From positions 58,238,810 through 58,289,996 of the forward strand of contig NC_068986.1 in assembly GCF_001194135.2 (NCBI RefSeq): a stretch of 51,187 bases of DNA, given 5' to 3'. Below the pieces are notes generated by a model. That model searched no databases, was not told the origin of the DNA, and saw nothing but the letters and a program-made list of their open reading frames with translations. The translations under genes were made by a program, and so were the position numbers. Shown piece by piece: positions 23,554-37,760 of this stretch (positions are counted from its first letter, which is position 1; each line of letters starts with the position of its first letter). The stretch comes from Octopus bimaculoides (lineage: Eukaryota).

Positions 23554-24110
23554 ACGTTTGTAATGTCGAAATTTTATTAAAGTGCGGAGGTCGAAAGTCA
23601 AACTATAGCGGACAATTCAAACGGTTCTAGTAAGAAGGCAGACTTCTTTATCAAAAACTGTTAGTCTGCAACGCATATCGCTTATCTGCTTCACTACTTA
23701 ACAAGTATATATGTGAGGGTGTGTATGTATGTGTGTGTGTGTGTGTATGCATGTGTGTGTGTGTGTGTGTGCGTACATGTGCTTGTATGTATGAAATAAA
23801 CAGGTGTGTAAAAACATTCCCAAAGTGTAAAGAGAATGCAAAGTTTTAAGCTGAAATTACATAAATCGCGATGTAGCTTAAGAGAAATTTGTATCTCTGC
23901 TCTGTTGAAACCACAAGCGCGGCAAATAATACCTCTTGGTGTTGTCAAAAAGTTATAGTATAAGTTTTATTTTTATTTATTTTTATCTTTATTTTTTTTT
24001 CTCATTTTTTACGTTGATGAAAATTAACGAATACTTGTTCCTGTTATCTGAAGAAATATTATAAGTCATATTACATGCGCCCCAGTAAACATGCATGCAT
24101 GCCTACATAC

Positions 24111-24141
<31 letters not shown>

Positions 24142-24252
24142 CATACATACGTACGTACATACATATATACATGTACACTCAAATGCATATATATATGAAT
24201 ATATATGTGCATGTATATATATATATATACATGCATATATGTATATAATGTA

Positions 24253-24303
<51 letters not shown>

Positions 24304-24386
24304 ATATATATGTGTTTACATATATATATACATATATTACTATATATACATGTATGTGTGTGTTTGTGTGTGTGTGTGTGTGTGCA

Positions 24387-24417
<31 letters not shown>

Positions 24418-25289
24418 TGTATGCACACACAGATACATGCAAACATGCCCCTAACAGAATATGTACACAAATGTATATGTATCTATATATAATTGTTATA
24501 TTAGAGGTATTTCAGTGTGTGTTTGGATGATGGGGGCGGGGTGGGGTGGGGGAGTGGCGGACTGTATGTGTTTAACCTTTTCAATGTAGGAAGTTGAACG
24601 CAAGTTAAGAGTTTGTTGGGGTCTTTATGTGTCACGCATCACTGAACTCAAGGTAAATTCCGGTCACCATTTGACCTCACTTTTTGTCATATACTTACTC
24701 AAGGAAATGCTTATACTGACACAGCTATAAACACGTATATAACTATAGATATGTATGTATTTATATACAGAAACATGCATATGCACACAGATATAGACTT
24801 AGCAAGTCTTTCCAGTTGCTGCTAAATTGAAAACTATCATTAGAAACAAAATAAGCAATTATCATCCCACAGCAATGTCACTCGGTCTGTTCGTGTAATA
24901 TAATACGGTCTGCTGGTAGAGACAGCAGACTGGTTAAGAGGTTTCGATTGGTTCCAGTTTCGATTCCGCTGCATGGTAGTTCGGATCGACTTTAGTCTTC
25001 TTAATGAATTTACTTTAAAACTGTAAGGAAGCCTGTTAGAAGAAGTGTACATATTATAATGTGGTAGACACAATCCGTTGTCTGATTCAATATCACCACC
25101 TGACCTTGTGTGACTTTAGTGGATATCAACAAGATAGCTGAAAGAAATGTCTCAAAATGAGCCTTCTACATCCAAAAATACAAATATGGTAGGGACTAAC
25201 ATACATGTAATACAATGAGTTGAAAATCTTTGATCAACTGAGATTATCCATGAGATTAGGTGACAAAACAGAAAGAAAAAACCACCACT

Positions 25290-25521
25290 AGGTTTTCATA
25301 ACTTCAGAGAAGGTTTTTTATTTAATAATTATTTGGATGACATACCAACATAACGATACATTTTTTCTATTTTGCCCCAACCGGTCCTCCTCCAACATTA
25401 TTTAACAGAAATCAAAGAATAAAAAGACCTCATAACATTCAAAACGTATTTGGACGAGTTCCTCCCAGATAAACCACCGACATTCTGATACATCGCGGCA
25501 AACAACTCCTACTTGAGTGGA
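25290..25521 (+). pseudogene. CR1-group LINE 3' terminal fragment followed by (GTAT)n
   Basis: LQRR...HNDTF..GP..LFN..KE*KDLITFKTYLDEFLPDKPPTF*YIAANNS(L)LEW resembles the invertebrate CR1 ORF2 end FK..LD.FL..IPD.P...GY....NSL. (GTAT)n starts at 25522. Confidence 0.7.
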
Positions 25522-26318
25522 GTATGTATGTATGTTCGTATGTATGTATGCATGTATGTATGTATGTATGTATGCATGCATGTATGTATGCATGAATGTA
25601 TAACGTGTGTATGTTTGTATATATATTACTGATATCACATACTTAATATATGTCTTTTGTTTATGCGCTTATTAACTGCGGGACGACGTCAGGGTGAAAG
25701 TCCATATAAGACGCAAAGTGTTAAAAACACTGAATACCTCAAACCAGTTCCGTAGGTGAACGAGAACAATGGAAACCGATATTCCGCTTTTATTTCAACT
25801 CATCGGCATCATATATCCAAGTTACTTGGAAACGAATTGGAATCGCTGGTCTGAGTTATATATGCTAATAATGTCGAAATTTGTCTGCTGACATGCAAAA
25901 GCGCTGCTCAAGTAAAACAAAATTAAATTTTGAATTATAAGCAGGTCTGATAATGTAATCCTATTCGATGTTACACAGTTAATGCCGTTCTTTATGTAGT
26001 GAAAAGCTTCGAATAACTTCGATTATCCAGATAATTAGAAGACAGAAACTCCCTCTGAATTCTTAATATACCATAGGAAGTTATTGTGTTCTAATTAGTG
26101 GATAATATCAGTTGTAAAAAGCTCTTTAACTCACTAAATCACATTAGTGGAAACCTTACCAAATTTATTACATGCATTCTGATTAGGTATACTTCGAACT
26201 TTAGGCGTGCTGCTCTCTACGTCAGTAAAACATGAGCTATTGTTTGCTTGTCTCTTCCCTTTCCTCCCAGCAGCATCATAAATGGTTGGTGATGCTGCAT
26301 AGTCTTTTCTAAGTCATG

Positions 26319-26405
<87 letters not shown>

Positions 26406-26427
26406 CAGACAGACAGACAGACAGATT

Positions 26428-26477
<50 letters not shown>

Positions 26478-27596
26478 TAGACAGACAGAGAGATCAACAA
26501 AAATCTTCCTATTCTGACAAATAATAATAAAAGAAAAAACAAACAAACAAACCTGTTTTAAGATTGACTCTGTGAGTCAGTTTCGATTTAAGCAATTATC
26601 GTGTATATTAAATTCTTATTTCAACATTAAAAACTAATTTGAGAGATCACTCTTGCTTTGTTTGGTTTAGTTAAGTGTTATTCAATGGTGGTTATTTCTC
26701 TCTTCTGCTATAGACTCGTTTAGTTCAATTTACTTTACGCGTTACATTAACTAAGTTAACGTTTGCTTCACTATCACCTCGTTTGTTCATGTATATATCC
26801 TAATGTGATTGTCTATAACACCTGAAGAAACATCTGGAGTACATCGACTCTGCTAATAGGTTTTGACTGCAGAAAAATCATGAAGGCTTCATACATAATC
26901 TTGCTGCCCATCTATGATATTGACCAAGTGACTGTCACTTTCTCTGCTTCTTCGTTTACAAAAGGAGATAAATCTTATTGAGTATTCCTCACGGTTTAAT
27001 GTATATTAACAAAAGAGTTAACTGTAATATGAAAGATAAAGTTGGGAATATGCTTTTGCTATTGTTAATAATATCGAATAAGTTATTAATAGTTAAACTA
27101 TATTATTCTTATTGATAACATATATTTATTGAAATTTGAAATGAGAAATTTTTTTTATCTAAATATTATTAAATAATTATATTTTAAGAAATATTTCTTT
27201 CTTAAAAGTTGGTATTCATTATATTGGTTTATATAAGCACTATGACATCTAAATAAAATAAAATAATAATTATTCCGTCTAAGTAACATTAACTGATATT
27301 ATTCACAACGGCAAAAGTACATTCCAACATTATTGAGGCCTTGTATCTTAAGAAAATCAATACAGGACACATCAATTGCTGTATTGAACAACACGTTATA
27401 GTTACCACTGCACGCGCGAAAACACACACCCGTATACACATACACACATGTACATGCACGTACACGCACACTCACACTTTTATACAGCCAGACACGCAAG
27501 TACATATACACACATTCACACATTCACACTCATATACACGTATGCATATGTAAATATATATATACATATATATATGTATGTATGTATATACATATT

Positions 27597-27644
<48 letters not shown>

Positions 27645-28569
27645 CATACATACATACATACATGCATACATGCATACATGCATACATACATACATACATA
27701 CATGCATACATATATATATGCATATGTATGCATATATATGTTGGCGATTCACTCCAAGAGTAAACGCTACTCATTACTTGAAAGAAATGCTTTATGTATA
27801 CCATTCAGCCTTTAACCAACCGTCCTGGAGTCTTTGAAAAGAAAGCATTATTAAGAAACTTGGGGGCATTTGGCATAAGTTTCTGAGAAAAGAAGTCATT
27901 CGAGAGCGAGGCAGATTTTCTAAATACAACGCTGCAACACGTAACAGCGCGCGGCAAAACACAGGATATCGCCCACGAAATGAAATAATTTTTGATGAAA
28001 TCAATTTTCACATTTTCCTTGTTGGTGTAAGCCTTTCATGAGCATAGATACTTCCTAATAAGGTAATCCAGTAATTTTATCAATATGCAGTAGACAAATG
28101 AATCTGGTGTACGTCTTTTTGTACTGAATGTAGCGTTTTTCTTTCATTCATGAAGTTTGTTTGTAAAATTAATTTTTCGATAAAACTTCCGAGATTTATT
28201 CTGCGGGAGAGTATCAATATCCATAAAATTACAAAAGGAAGAATAATTTGATCAGTAAAAATTAACTTATGCTGAGTTAAATTGACTAAACAGAGCAGGA
28301 GACACGTGAGATGGAGAGTCGATGAAGAGGTCACTTTCGCTGGTGAAGACCAAGAATATAATGCGTGTGGCTAGATGACAAAAAAAAAAAAAGACCATCC
28401 CCAAATATAACAATATCTATCTCAATACACGATTTTACATCAGCAATTTTGCAAAACAAATACATAAACGTAGACATTGAAAGTTCTTTTTTGTTTTCAT
28501 CTTGGTTAAAACCGTTAAAAGTCGAATGACAAAATTACGTTATAAATACACGTTTGCAATTAATGGAAG

Positions 28570-28743
28570 GGTCTAGTCGATACCACTTGCCTAATACTGG
28601 ATAGGTGCTTTATTTTATCGACCCGAGTCGAGGCAATGTTGACCTCGACTGGATTTCAATTGAGAATGTTATGAGTTGGATCAAATCCGGCTTACAAAAC
28701 ATTTTTATCCCGACGCTTTGTCAATTCTTCCAACCCAACGCCT
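28570..28743 (-). mobile_element. SINE family B, old copy
   Basis: TTATTTTATCGACCC...GGCAATGTTGACCTCG...CCCGACGCT...ATTCTTCCAAC..CGCC. Confidence 0.65.
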
Positions 28744-28804
28744 TATCGTCTTGAAAAATAGTAGCAGCATATTCGAAAGTTTTAAAGCTAAATTAAGTCC
28801 AAAT

Positions 28805-29001
28805 TTTAGCACAAGGCCAGCAATTTCAGGGAGTGGCTAAGACAATTAAATCATTTCAGTGTCCAGCTGTTACTTATTTTATTGACCTCGAAAGGATGAA
28901 CGGCAAGTTGACCATGGAAATTTGAACTCAGAACGTAAAGACGGACGAAACACTGCTAACTATTTAGCCCGGCGTGCTAACGATTCTGCGAGCTCGCCGT
29001 C
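28805..29001 (-). mobile_element. SINE family B
   Basis: GCACAAGGCCAGCAATTTC...GAAAGGATGAA.GGCAA...TTTGAACTCAGAACGTAAAGACGGACGAAA...CGGCGTGCTAACGATTCTGCGAGCTCGCC. Confidence 0.88.
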
Positions 29002-29402
29002 TTATCCTGTACCTAACTTAGAAAGAATTATTAGCGCTACCGGTGGATTAGTGGAAATGAAATAGAGTTTAATCGAGGAAAATACCCACACAATAGTAAA
29101 ATGGACGGATGGGGGTGGGGTGAGTTAAACATACTTGATATAGTGAAACAAGAGATTTTAAATAATTAAGCTACATCTATAATAATGAAAAAAAAAATCA
29201 TTATCTTAATGACTAGTTCAACAGAAGCAAGGCAGGAAAATAAGCCGGAATAGTCTCCAAACGTTGACTGCTTTAAAGCTGATGACATAAACAATTACCC
29301 TAAGTGGTTTTGGGTTCAAACAATTTAATATACTCATAACCTGTGAATACTGATCGGATTAAAAGAAAAATAAAAGAAATTATCAACATTATCAGAACAC
29401 TG

Positions 29403-29602
29403 GAGGCGGTGAGCTGGCAGAATCGTTAGCACGCCGGGCAAAGTGCTTAGCGACATTTCGTTCGTCTTTACGCTGTGGGTTCAAATGCTTTCATCCTTTC
29501 GGAGTTGATAAAATAAGTACCCGTTGAGCATTGGGGTGTCGATTTAGTCGACTTAGCCCCTCATCTGAAATTGCTGGCCTTGTGCCAAAATTTGAAATTG
29601 AT
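29403..29602 (+). mobile_element. SINE family B with perfect 15-bp TSD
   Basis: ATTATCAGAACACTG occurs at 29388-29402 and 29603-29617, flanking a head-to-tail copy that starts GAGGCGGTGAGCTGGCAGAATCGTTAGC. Confidence 0.93.
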
Positions 29603-30205
29603 ATTATCAGAACACTGAGTCCATCAGAGTCCTTCCTACAAATAAATTTGATTAATATCTCCGTTTCTCACAGTCTTTTCTTTTTTAAATTTGAAATATG
29701 GCGAGACATGGAAGGGGCAAAATATAGGAATAAAAATAAAAAGTCGGTTCAAGTGGTATTTGAACTCAGAAGCGAAAGTTTTATGAAAAAAAATGAAAAT
29801 AATGTATTCAAGTCAAGTATCCAGTTGTATGGACCATCGATCGCCGTACAATGGCACAACTGAATTTTGGACATCGCTCCAATCCGCAATAAGAGAAACT
29901 TACCCACAAAATATAAAAGTTATATTCATTAAAACAAGATAATGCAATACTGGAGACAAAGAATTCAAAAATTATTATTATCCCCTCTTCCACCTCAGAA
30001 CAATAACAATAATTATTGTTCGAATTTCCGACCCTAAGTCGAAATTAAAAAAAAAAATTACATATAAAAGGAAACTTCATAAGCTTTGCTTATTACTTCG
30101 AGACCCTAATACGACCTAATACATTCCCTTTAAGTATATTGTGACCTTAATAGGATTGACTCTCTCAGTGAGTACATAGATTCGCTGTCTACCAGAGAGA
30201 GGAAA

Positions 30206-30236
<31 letters not shown>

Positions 30237-31759
30237 GAGAGAGGGGGGTTGACAATGCAAACTCAAAACATGAGTACATATAGTTTCAAATTGAAACGGC
30301 AAAAGTTACAAAGTACCAAAGGCCGAGAACTTCGTGTTTGGTACTTACTAAGTGACATGCATACATTCTCGCTGCTTGGGTCACTTGGTAACTTATATTG
30401 ATTAAAGTAAAAAGACAAAAATACACGCGCGCACACACACACATTCAAACACCTACATGTACACGCACTCACATACGTTTCTGCTTTCAAACAGAAGAAA
30501 AGTGTACTTAAGGCACAATTGCAGAGTTTAGAAGAATTTAACTTGATAATTTCCTGCATTGATATTTGAATTATCACAAACGTAATACACGTAAAATCGT
30601 TAGGGTAGAATTTGGTCTATGATTGAAACTTTATGCCCACACGAACTGGCTACGATGAATATCATTGATTGAAGCAAGTCACGTGATCGAATATGTGGTA
30701 TTGCTTGTCAGTGCAAATGTTTGGTCATTATCAAGGGTTAATTATTTTGCCATGCTTATTGCATCTGCTGGGCATGGGTTTTAATCGGTAGGCTGTGAAT
30801 TATCATGCATATAGAGCTGTTCAATAGGAATTGTCGCCTAAACAGTAATAGTATTTCAATTCTCCGCTCAAGTGATATCGCTGGTTGATGTAACAACTGT
30901 AACTTTTACTGAATTTCTCTCATTTTCTATATGGATGCGCGTAGATACTCGAAATAACAACTACTGCAAATGTTCCCCATCCGCTTTATATTCTTTAAAT
31001 ATTGGTAATTCTGATTAGAAATTTCATTTTTTGATGATCTGCTGATTAATCAACATGTCACTAATCCCTTGTTTATTTGACAAGCTGAATGAGTCATGTT
31101 GCGTAACGTATTACACAATTGTAGTAATGTGGTGTATACCGCATACCAGACTGTGCCATGTTTACATATCAATAAAAACTCTTAACGTAACAACTGTAGA
31201 AGTACCAGATAACCCATTCGTTTATTTTCGTAATATTTTCACGCCACGCTTAAGTTTGCATTTATCTTTGAATAGTTTGGGTTACTGCTTGAGATGCGGA
31301 TTACTAAACAACGATGAACTTCCTTTTATCGATCTATTCAGTGCTATGATAATAGATTACTTAATTGTCTGATTTACTTCAATCTGTCACGTCAACAATT
31401 GTGGCATGCTTCACTTTGATATGCCTCCATACTTTATGGATCCCTTTTATTCAAATGTGTGTGTATGAAAGGTGTGGGTGCTACACATACACACAAACGC
31501 GAGAAAGAGTGTGAGAGAGGGTTGAGGCGTAGAGAGAACAAGCCGAGTATGGGTCACATATTCAGTTGTTGAGGAGATTGCCATCTGTTTAACGGCACTA
31601 CTCTCTCATATAAATTTACGTTTAAGGCTCATTTGATAAATTTATAAAGTGTTAGACAAATTTCTAATCGATCATGAGCCCGCATCTCTCCCCAGTCACT
31701 CGGGCTGTCAAGGATATACTATTGTACTTTTGTCAAGCCCACATTCACGAGGCCCGCCA

Positions 31760-31790
<31 letters not shown>

Positions 31791-31867
31791 GGTAGGCAGG
31801 CAGGCAGGCAGACAGACAGACAGATAGATAGATAGATAGATAGACAGACAGACACACAGATTTATAT

Positions 31868-32502
31868 ATATACCAGCAGAGATACCCGGCCTTGCTCGGG
31901 ATTAAAATGGCATAGTCTTTTTTATTGGTTTACTTGTTTCATTCATGTAACTGCCGCCAGGCTGGAGCACCGCCGTTTGTCGAACAAATCGACCACAGGA
32001 TTTATTCATTGGAAACCTAGTACTTATTTTATCAGTTTCTTNNNNNNNNNNNNNNNNNNNNNNNNNNNNNNNNNNNNNNNNNNNNNNNNNNNNNNNNNNN
32101 NNNNNNNNNNNNNNNNNNNNNNNNNNNNNNNNNNNNNNNNNNNNNNNNNNNNNNNNNNNNNNNNNNNNNNNNNNNNNNNNNNNNNNNNNNNNNNNNNNNN
32201 NNNNNNNNNNNNNNNNNNNNNNNNNNNNNNNNNNNNNNNNNNNNNNNNNNNNNNNNNNNNNNNNNNNNNNNNNNNNNNNNNNNNNNNNNNNNNNNNNNNN
32301 NNNNNNNNNNNNNNNNNNNNNNNTATATATATATATATATATAGGACAAACTTCTTTCAATTTCTATCAACCAAGTCCACTGACACGGCTTTAGTAGAAG
32401 GCTGTAGTAGAAGACACTTGGCCAAGGTGCCACGCAGTGGGACTGAACCCGGAACCATGTGGTTGGTAAGCAAGCTTCTTAGCACACAGTCACGCCTACG
32501 CC

Positions 32503-32543
<41 letters not shown>

Positions 32544-32990
32544 ATGCATATATTTATAATACATAAATAAATATATATATACATATATATACATACATTT
32601 ACATACATATACATGATACATATACATACATACATACATACATACATACATACAAATACATACATAAATACATCATAGTGAAAGTAATAGAAATGAAACT
32701 AATATATACAAAGTGAAAATATTAATTGTGAAATCTATTTAAATTGAAAGTAGTACCTCACATTACAATAGAGATTTTATTGTTTCACTTTTGACGCATA
32801 ATACTGAAATAGTGTAAGAGATAAGAGATTGCTCCGGGCTTGCATTAGGTAAGAAGCTGAAAATTCTTTTGGCCCATGACCCTGCATGGACCCTAATTAA
32901 GTCACGTGAAAAATTTGAATGAAATCGGTTGGGTAGTTCTTGAGTTTTAGTGATGCACAGACACACATTGTCAGTCTTATATATATATAA
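31868..32990 (+). mobile_element. Non-autonomous Helentron/DINE-1(HINE)-like element with nested SINE A and microsatellite
   Basis: 5' end TACCAGCAGAGATACCCGGCCTTGCTCGGG (subterminal CCCG/CGGG hairpin). 3' end AAATTTGAATGAAATCGGTTGGGTAGTTCTTGAGTTTTAG...ACAGACACAC...CTTATATATATA. Both resemble DINE-1-type termini as recalled; unverified. Confidence 0.5.
31928..32502 (-). mobile_element. SINE family A spanning an assembly gap
   Basis: Tail (TACTTGTTTC...GCTGGAGCACCGCC...GTCGAACAAATCGACC) lies left of gap 32042-32323 and the head (GGGACTGAACCCGGAACCATGTGGTTGGTAAGCAAGC) lies right of it. Confidence 0.88.
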
Positions 32991-33074
32991 GGCATATATG
33001 TGTATATGTATGTATGTGTATATATATATGTGTGTGTGTGTATGTGTTTGTGTGTGTGTGTGTATTTACATATA

Positions 33075-33145
<71 letters not shown>

Positions 33146-33227
33146 GTTTATGTTGTTCCAGCATGACCACATCCTTAGTGCTGAAACGTATAAAAGAACA
33201 CACACACACACATATAATTTTTATATT

Positions 33228-33630
33228 TCATTTGTTTCGGTCATTAGACTACATACATGATTGGACACAGCCTTGAAGAATTTTAGTCGAAAGAATTGAC
33301 CCCAGCAGTTATTTTTTAAAACCTGGTACTTATTTTATTGCGTACTTTGGTCGAACCGCTAAGTTAACGGGACTTAAGTACATCAACACTGGGTTTTCAA
33401 GGGGTGGTGGGACAACCACAGACACAAAGACACACACGCACACTCACTCACTCACTCACGCGCGCGCGCGCATAGTAGGTCTCTTTGAGATTCCGTCTTC
33501 CAAATCCACTCACTTGGTTTTCATCGGCTCGAAGCTATAGTAAAAGAAACTTGCCTAAGGTGCTCCGCTGTGAGACTGAACTCAGAACCATGTGGGCAGC
33601 AAACTTTTTACCATACAGCCACGCCTGTGT
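33228..33630 (-). mobile_element. SINE family A, full-length and diverged
   Basis: Tail, GAACCGCTAAGTT core, internal (CA)n/(CG)n, CCAAATCCACTCAC and head GACTGAACTCAGAACCATGTGG are all collinear with 38751-39136. Confidence 0.85.
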
Positions 33631-33715
33631 CGATATATATAATATATATGTATATATACACAAGCGCATATATTAATTCATATGCATATATACACACACA
33701 TGCACATACACAGAC

Positions 33716-33746
<31 letters not shown>

Positions 33747-34195
33747 TACATACATACATACATGCATACATACATACATACATACATTCGAAATATTCAC
33801 AAAAGCATTTTATACCTACGGAATGACTATGATATAACCATTTTGTTTACTTTTGACAAGGTCAAACCACGTGTTTATTAACGCATTATACTTTACATGT
33901 CAAATTACTCGAAAAAGTGTGTGTAGTGCAGTATCAATTAATTCATTAATTAACTCATTAACATTGATCGAGTATTGGACTGAAAAGTCATTTCTTAATT
34001 TTCTCTTAACCTTCTGTGCCACCACAAGCGCTCTACATACTGTGCAAGAATAGCGGATGCAATAAAACTTACGCACACACATACATATACATACATATAT
34101 GCGTGTATATACATATATATGCATATACAGAGCGAGGAAGAGAGGAGAAGGAAGCGAGTAAAAGAAAGGGAATGAGAGCCAGAGAAAGGGATGGG

Positions 34196-34229
<34 letters not shown>

Positions 34230-34399
34230 ACGATTAAGTTATCTGGTTTCAAAGTTGAAACTGATAACGGGAAAAAATCTGGAATATGTTTATTTTTAGA
34301 TTAGACTAATTTTGTCTCAGTTAATTTCTGCCAAGAAACATTATATAAACCCTTTAAAGACGAGGTTCATATATACATTAAACATATATGTATACATAA

Positions 34400-34444
<45 letters not shown>

Positions 34445-34494
34445 TGTGTGTGTGTGTGTAATGAATTGGATTAAAATGTATTGAATTAATTATT

Positions 34495-34650
34495 TTTAGC
34501 GTAGACACAATGCCTGATAATTTGGAGTAGGATTAGACGATATCGATCTCCTGTGCTTGAGTGGCATTTTATTTCATCTCAATCTGAACGTAACTGGAGC
34601 AAGTAGTGCAAAGCACAGTCCGGCGTTTTAACGGTTCCGCCAATTCAATG
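34495..34650 (-). mobile_element. SINE family B, highly degraded
   Basis: TAGACACAATGCCTGATAATTTGG...ATCGATC...CCGGCGTTTAACGGTTCCGCCAATTC. Confidence 0.5.
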
Positions 34651-34899
34651 AGCACTGCACTAGATTCGTGTAGCTGTCATATTCAGGGCAGTATTTTTTT
34701 GTTTGAAATGATGTAATCTTAGAAAAAAAAAGGGGGGAAAGAAAAACAGCGCTTCACACAGCTACTCTTTTTGTTTTTGCTTTACACCTGTGAGACGAAG
34801 TCCTATTCCAAATGACTTGCAATATAGTTGATTCTGCGGGATGTACTCAAGGGCCAACTCGGCAACGAATTAAGCATACACATAAAGTAAGCATATGGA

Positions 34900-35080
34900 T
34901 TTCCGTCGGTTTCGACGATCAGAAATGAGTTGTTAAAACAAGTGAACTACCTTCTCTTTGAATTAACGCTAAAGTGGCTTATTGTTCCATAGGCACATAT
35001 GTTCCTTAACGTAATCCTCATGGGAAATCGGTGTGGCAGACTGTGTAACAAGGACTGGACATTTAAATAACAAGTACAAT
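34900..35080 (-). mobile_element. Probable body of another cephalopod SINE (family C-like)
   Basis: GTCGGTTTCGACGA...GAATTAACG..AAGTGGCT...CCTTAACGTA...GACAAGG-like segment resembles an abundant octopus SINE body as I recall it. No second in-window copy confirms it. Confidence 0.35.
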
Positions 35081-35548
35081 CCATCCAATGGGCTTCCGTA
35101 AAGTTTTCGTTTACTAAATTTCGTTCATCAGGTTTGGATCTGATTTACCAGTGTCACGTGCCTACGATGCTGGCTGCAGGGTCAAAGTAATTGCAAAGCG
35201 AACAGCTTAACAGCTCGTCTATACTACGTTTAAGTACATTCATAAACACGCAAGAAAGCATCGACGTTAGATATGATTTAGAGGAAGAAGTTTGGAAGTC
35301 CACAGATAGTTGATAATTAATGTAATTCAATTTTATTCAATGTAATTTAATTTATAATTGTGCTACGTTTTTCAATATATCTACCTATCTCAATACCTAT
35401 CAATTTAATTAACATATTTTACGATTCTGTCAATCTCATACCCTATCGACATATACACATACACACACGTATATACACGCACACACACGCACAAACACAC
35501 ACACGTACGCACATATATACACACACACACACATATATATACATACAT

Positions 35549-35589
<41 letters not shown>

Positions 35590-35945
35590 AGAGAGGGAAA
35601 GTAAGAAAGAGAGAAAGATAGCAATCTTGTCATTTTATTACATTAATTTCTTGCGCTGGTATAAACCACACATAACTGCACCAACTCAATTTTCATTTTA
35701 ATTTTGGAGATAATTTGGCCGATTGGTAAAGATTTATTTACAGACAGGCTACATGAAATTAATGATTCACAAGTACGCTATTCTTATTCTATATCTCTTC
35801 CATTACAACAGGAATTGTCTCTGCTCCTTTGAAAGCTACCCGCTCCAAAGGATATCCACTCAGACCCATTTGAGGCATTTCATCCTTTTACTTCACAAGC
35901 TTTTCACGTACACCCAAGTATGTTTGTATACGCACATGTACACGT

Positions 35946-36053
<108 letters not shown>

Positions 36054-36062
36054 AAGCGCATG

Positions 36063-36270
36063 AAAGCGCGTAGCCTAGTTGTTTGGGTGCTGTACTCGCG
36101 ATCACATGGTTTCGTTTCCGGGTACTCCATTTCACGTAGTTGTGCAATGACTTCGACATCAGACATGTGGCATACCGTGCTCTTGTGCATACAATGTCGA
36201 AACATTTGGCAGGAGTAAGCTAATATACAGCACAACAAATCATCTCTGCAGGAGAGTCCACCAAATACAT
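36063..36270 (+). mobile_element. Degenerate tRNA-derived SINE (family C-like)
   Basis: GCGCGTAGCCTAGTTG...GGTGCTGTACTCGCGATCACATGGTTTCG: a tRNA-like head directly after (CA)n. Confidence 0.45.
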
Positions 36271-36526
36271 ATATACATATGTAATGGTACAGTCAGGTAT
36301 GCTGTATGTGCAACATCAATATGATTATATAATATATTAGGCAACCATCAACTCATCAGGTTTACCAAATATATAAGCGAGAAGTAACATATTGATCAAC
36401 ACACATACATATATCGCTACCTATTTTCCTCTCTGTGTTTCTCGGCACCCTCTTTCTCCCTCTCTCTCCCATTTTCCCCCTCTCTCTCCCCATACGTATA
36501 TGTATGTGTGTGTGTGTATGTATGTA

Positions 36527-36567
<41 letters not shown>

Positions 36568-36576
36568 TATATTCTC

Positions 36577-36608
<32 letters not shown>

Positions 36609-37447
36609 CTATATAGTCTATCTAGCTATTTCTCACTTACCCTATCTCTTTGTATCTTTCAATCTGTCCATATTTTCTATTCACACGTTTGACAATCGTA
36701 TATGTAAAGGGTGAATATATATAATTATCCAGAAATGATTTTCTACACTCAGATAAACACAAACCTTGTTGAAAACACATGTTTAATAATCATGGAAGCA
36801 TGAACAATAAATACATTTCGACACACCAAAACAACAGAACGAGTAGAATTAAGGAAATGCACTTCTGAATGCGAAGAATTAGACAGAAGAGCAGCAAATG
36901 CTGTGAATAGTAGTTATTTAGCGTATGTATGGGTAATTTTCTAAAACAGGATGTCTTTAACTTCGATGACAAAACGAAGAGAAATAAATAAATAGGAGCA
37001 ATAACAATAATAACAAAAAATATAATGAAATAAATATACAAAAAATAAAAAATAAAAAAAGACAGGACAAAGGAACATGCGGGTAGGAGGGTCTAAATAT
37101 AAAATGTAAAGACAAGAAATAAAAGATGTGAATGAGGAGCCATACAATAGAAGATGTCAAGTTTCGCCTGTCAATACACCTTCACGGAAACAACTTTTCA
37201 AGTAATAACAATCTCCTTGAATTAAGTGTTAGAGCAAAGCAAGCAGTAGATTGTTGTAGCAGTAGTAGTATAATAACTATTAGCAATGGCAGTAGGGAAA
37301 CAGCAGAAGCAACAACGGTAGCAGTTGATGTCTTATTTGTAGTAATGGCAGGCAGTAGAGAAACAGTAGGAACAACAGCAATATTTGCAGTAGATGTAGT
37401 TTTAGCAAAATTTGAGAGTATCAACAACAGTAAAAGTATTAATAAGA

Positions 37448-37493
<46 letters not shown>

Positions 37494-37589
37494 TTGCTGC
37501 TGCTGTTGTTGCTGCTGTTGTTGCTGCTGCCGCTGCTACTACTACGGCAACGCTGCAACGTAATTGTGGTAGTAGTAGACTTGGTCTCT

Positions 37590-37760
37590 ATGGTCGTATG
37601 ATTTACTACAAAAAGCTGCCAAATCTTCTTGAAATCACATCCTATTGTTTCAAAACAGGAAGGATAACGAAAAAGATAGTAAGAGAAGTACTGAATAACA
37701 GTCAAGATGGTCATGGCTGGTTGACTGGGCCCACCTTTGATCATAGTTTGGTTCTTTCAT
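37590..37760 (+). repeat. Dispersed repeat family D
   Basis: AAGCTGCCAAATCTTCTTGAAATCACATCC...GATGGTCATGGCTGG. Confidence 0.55.
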
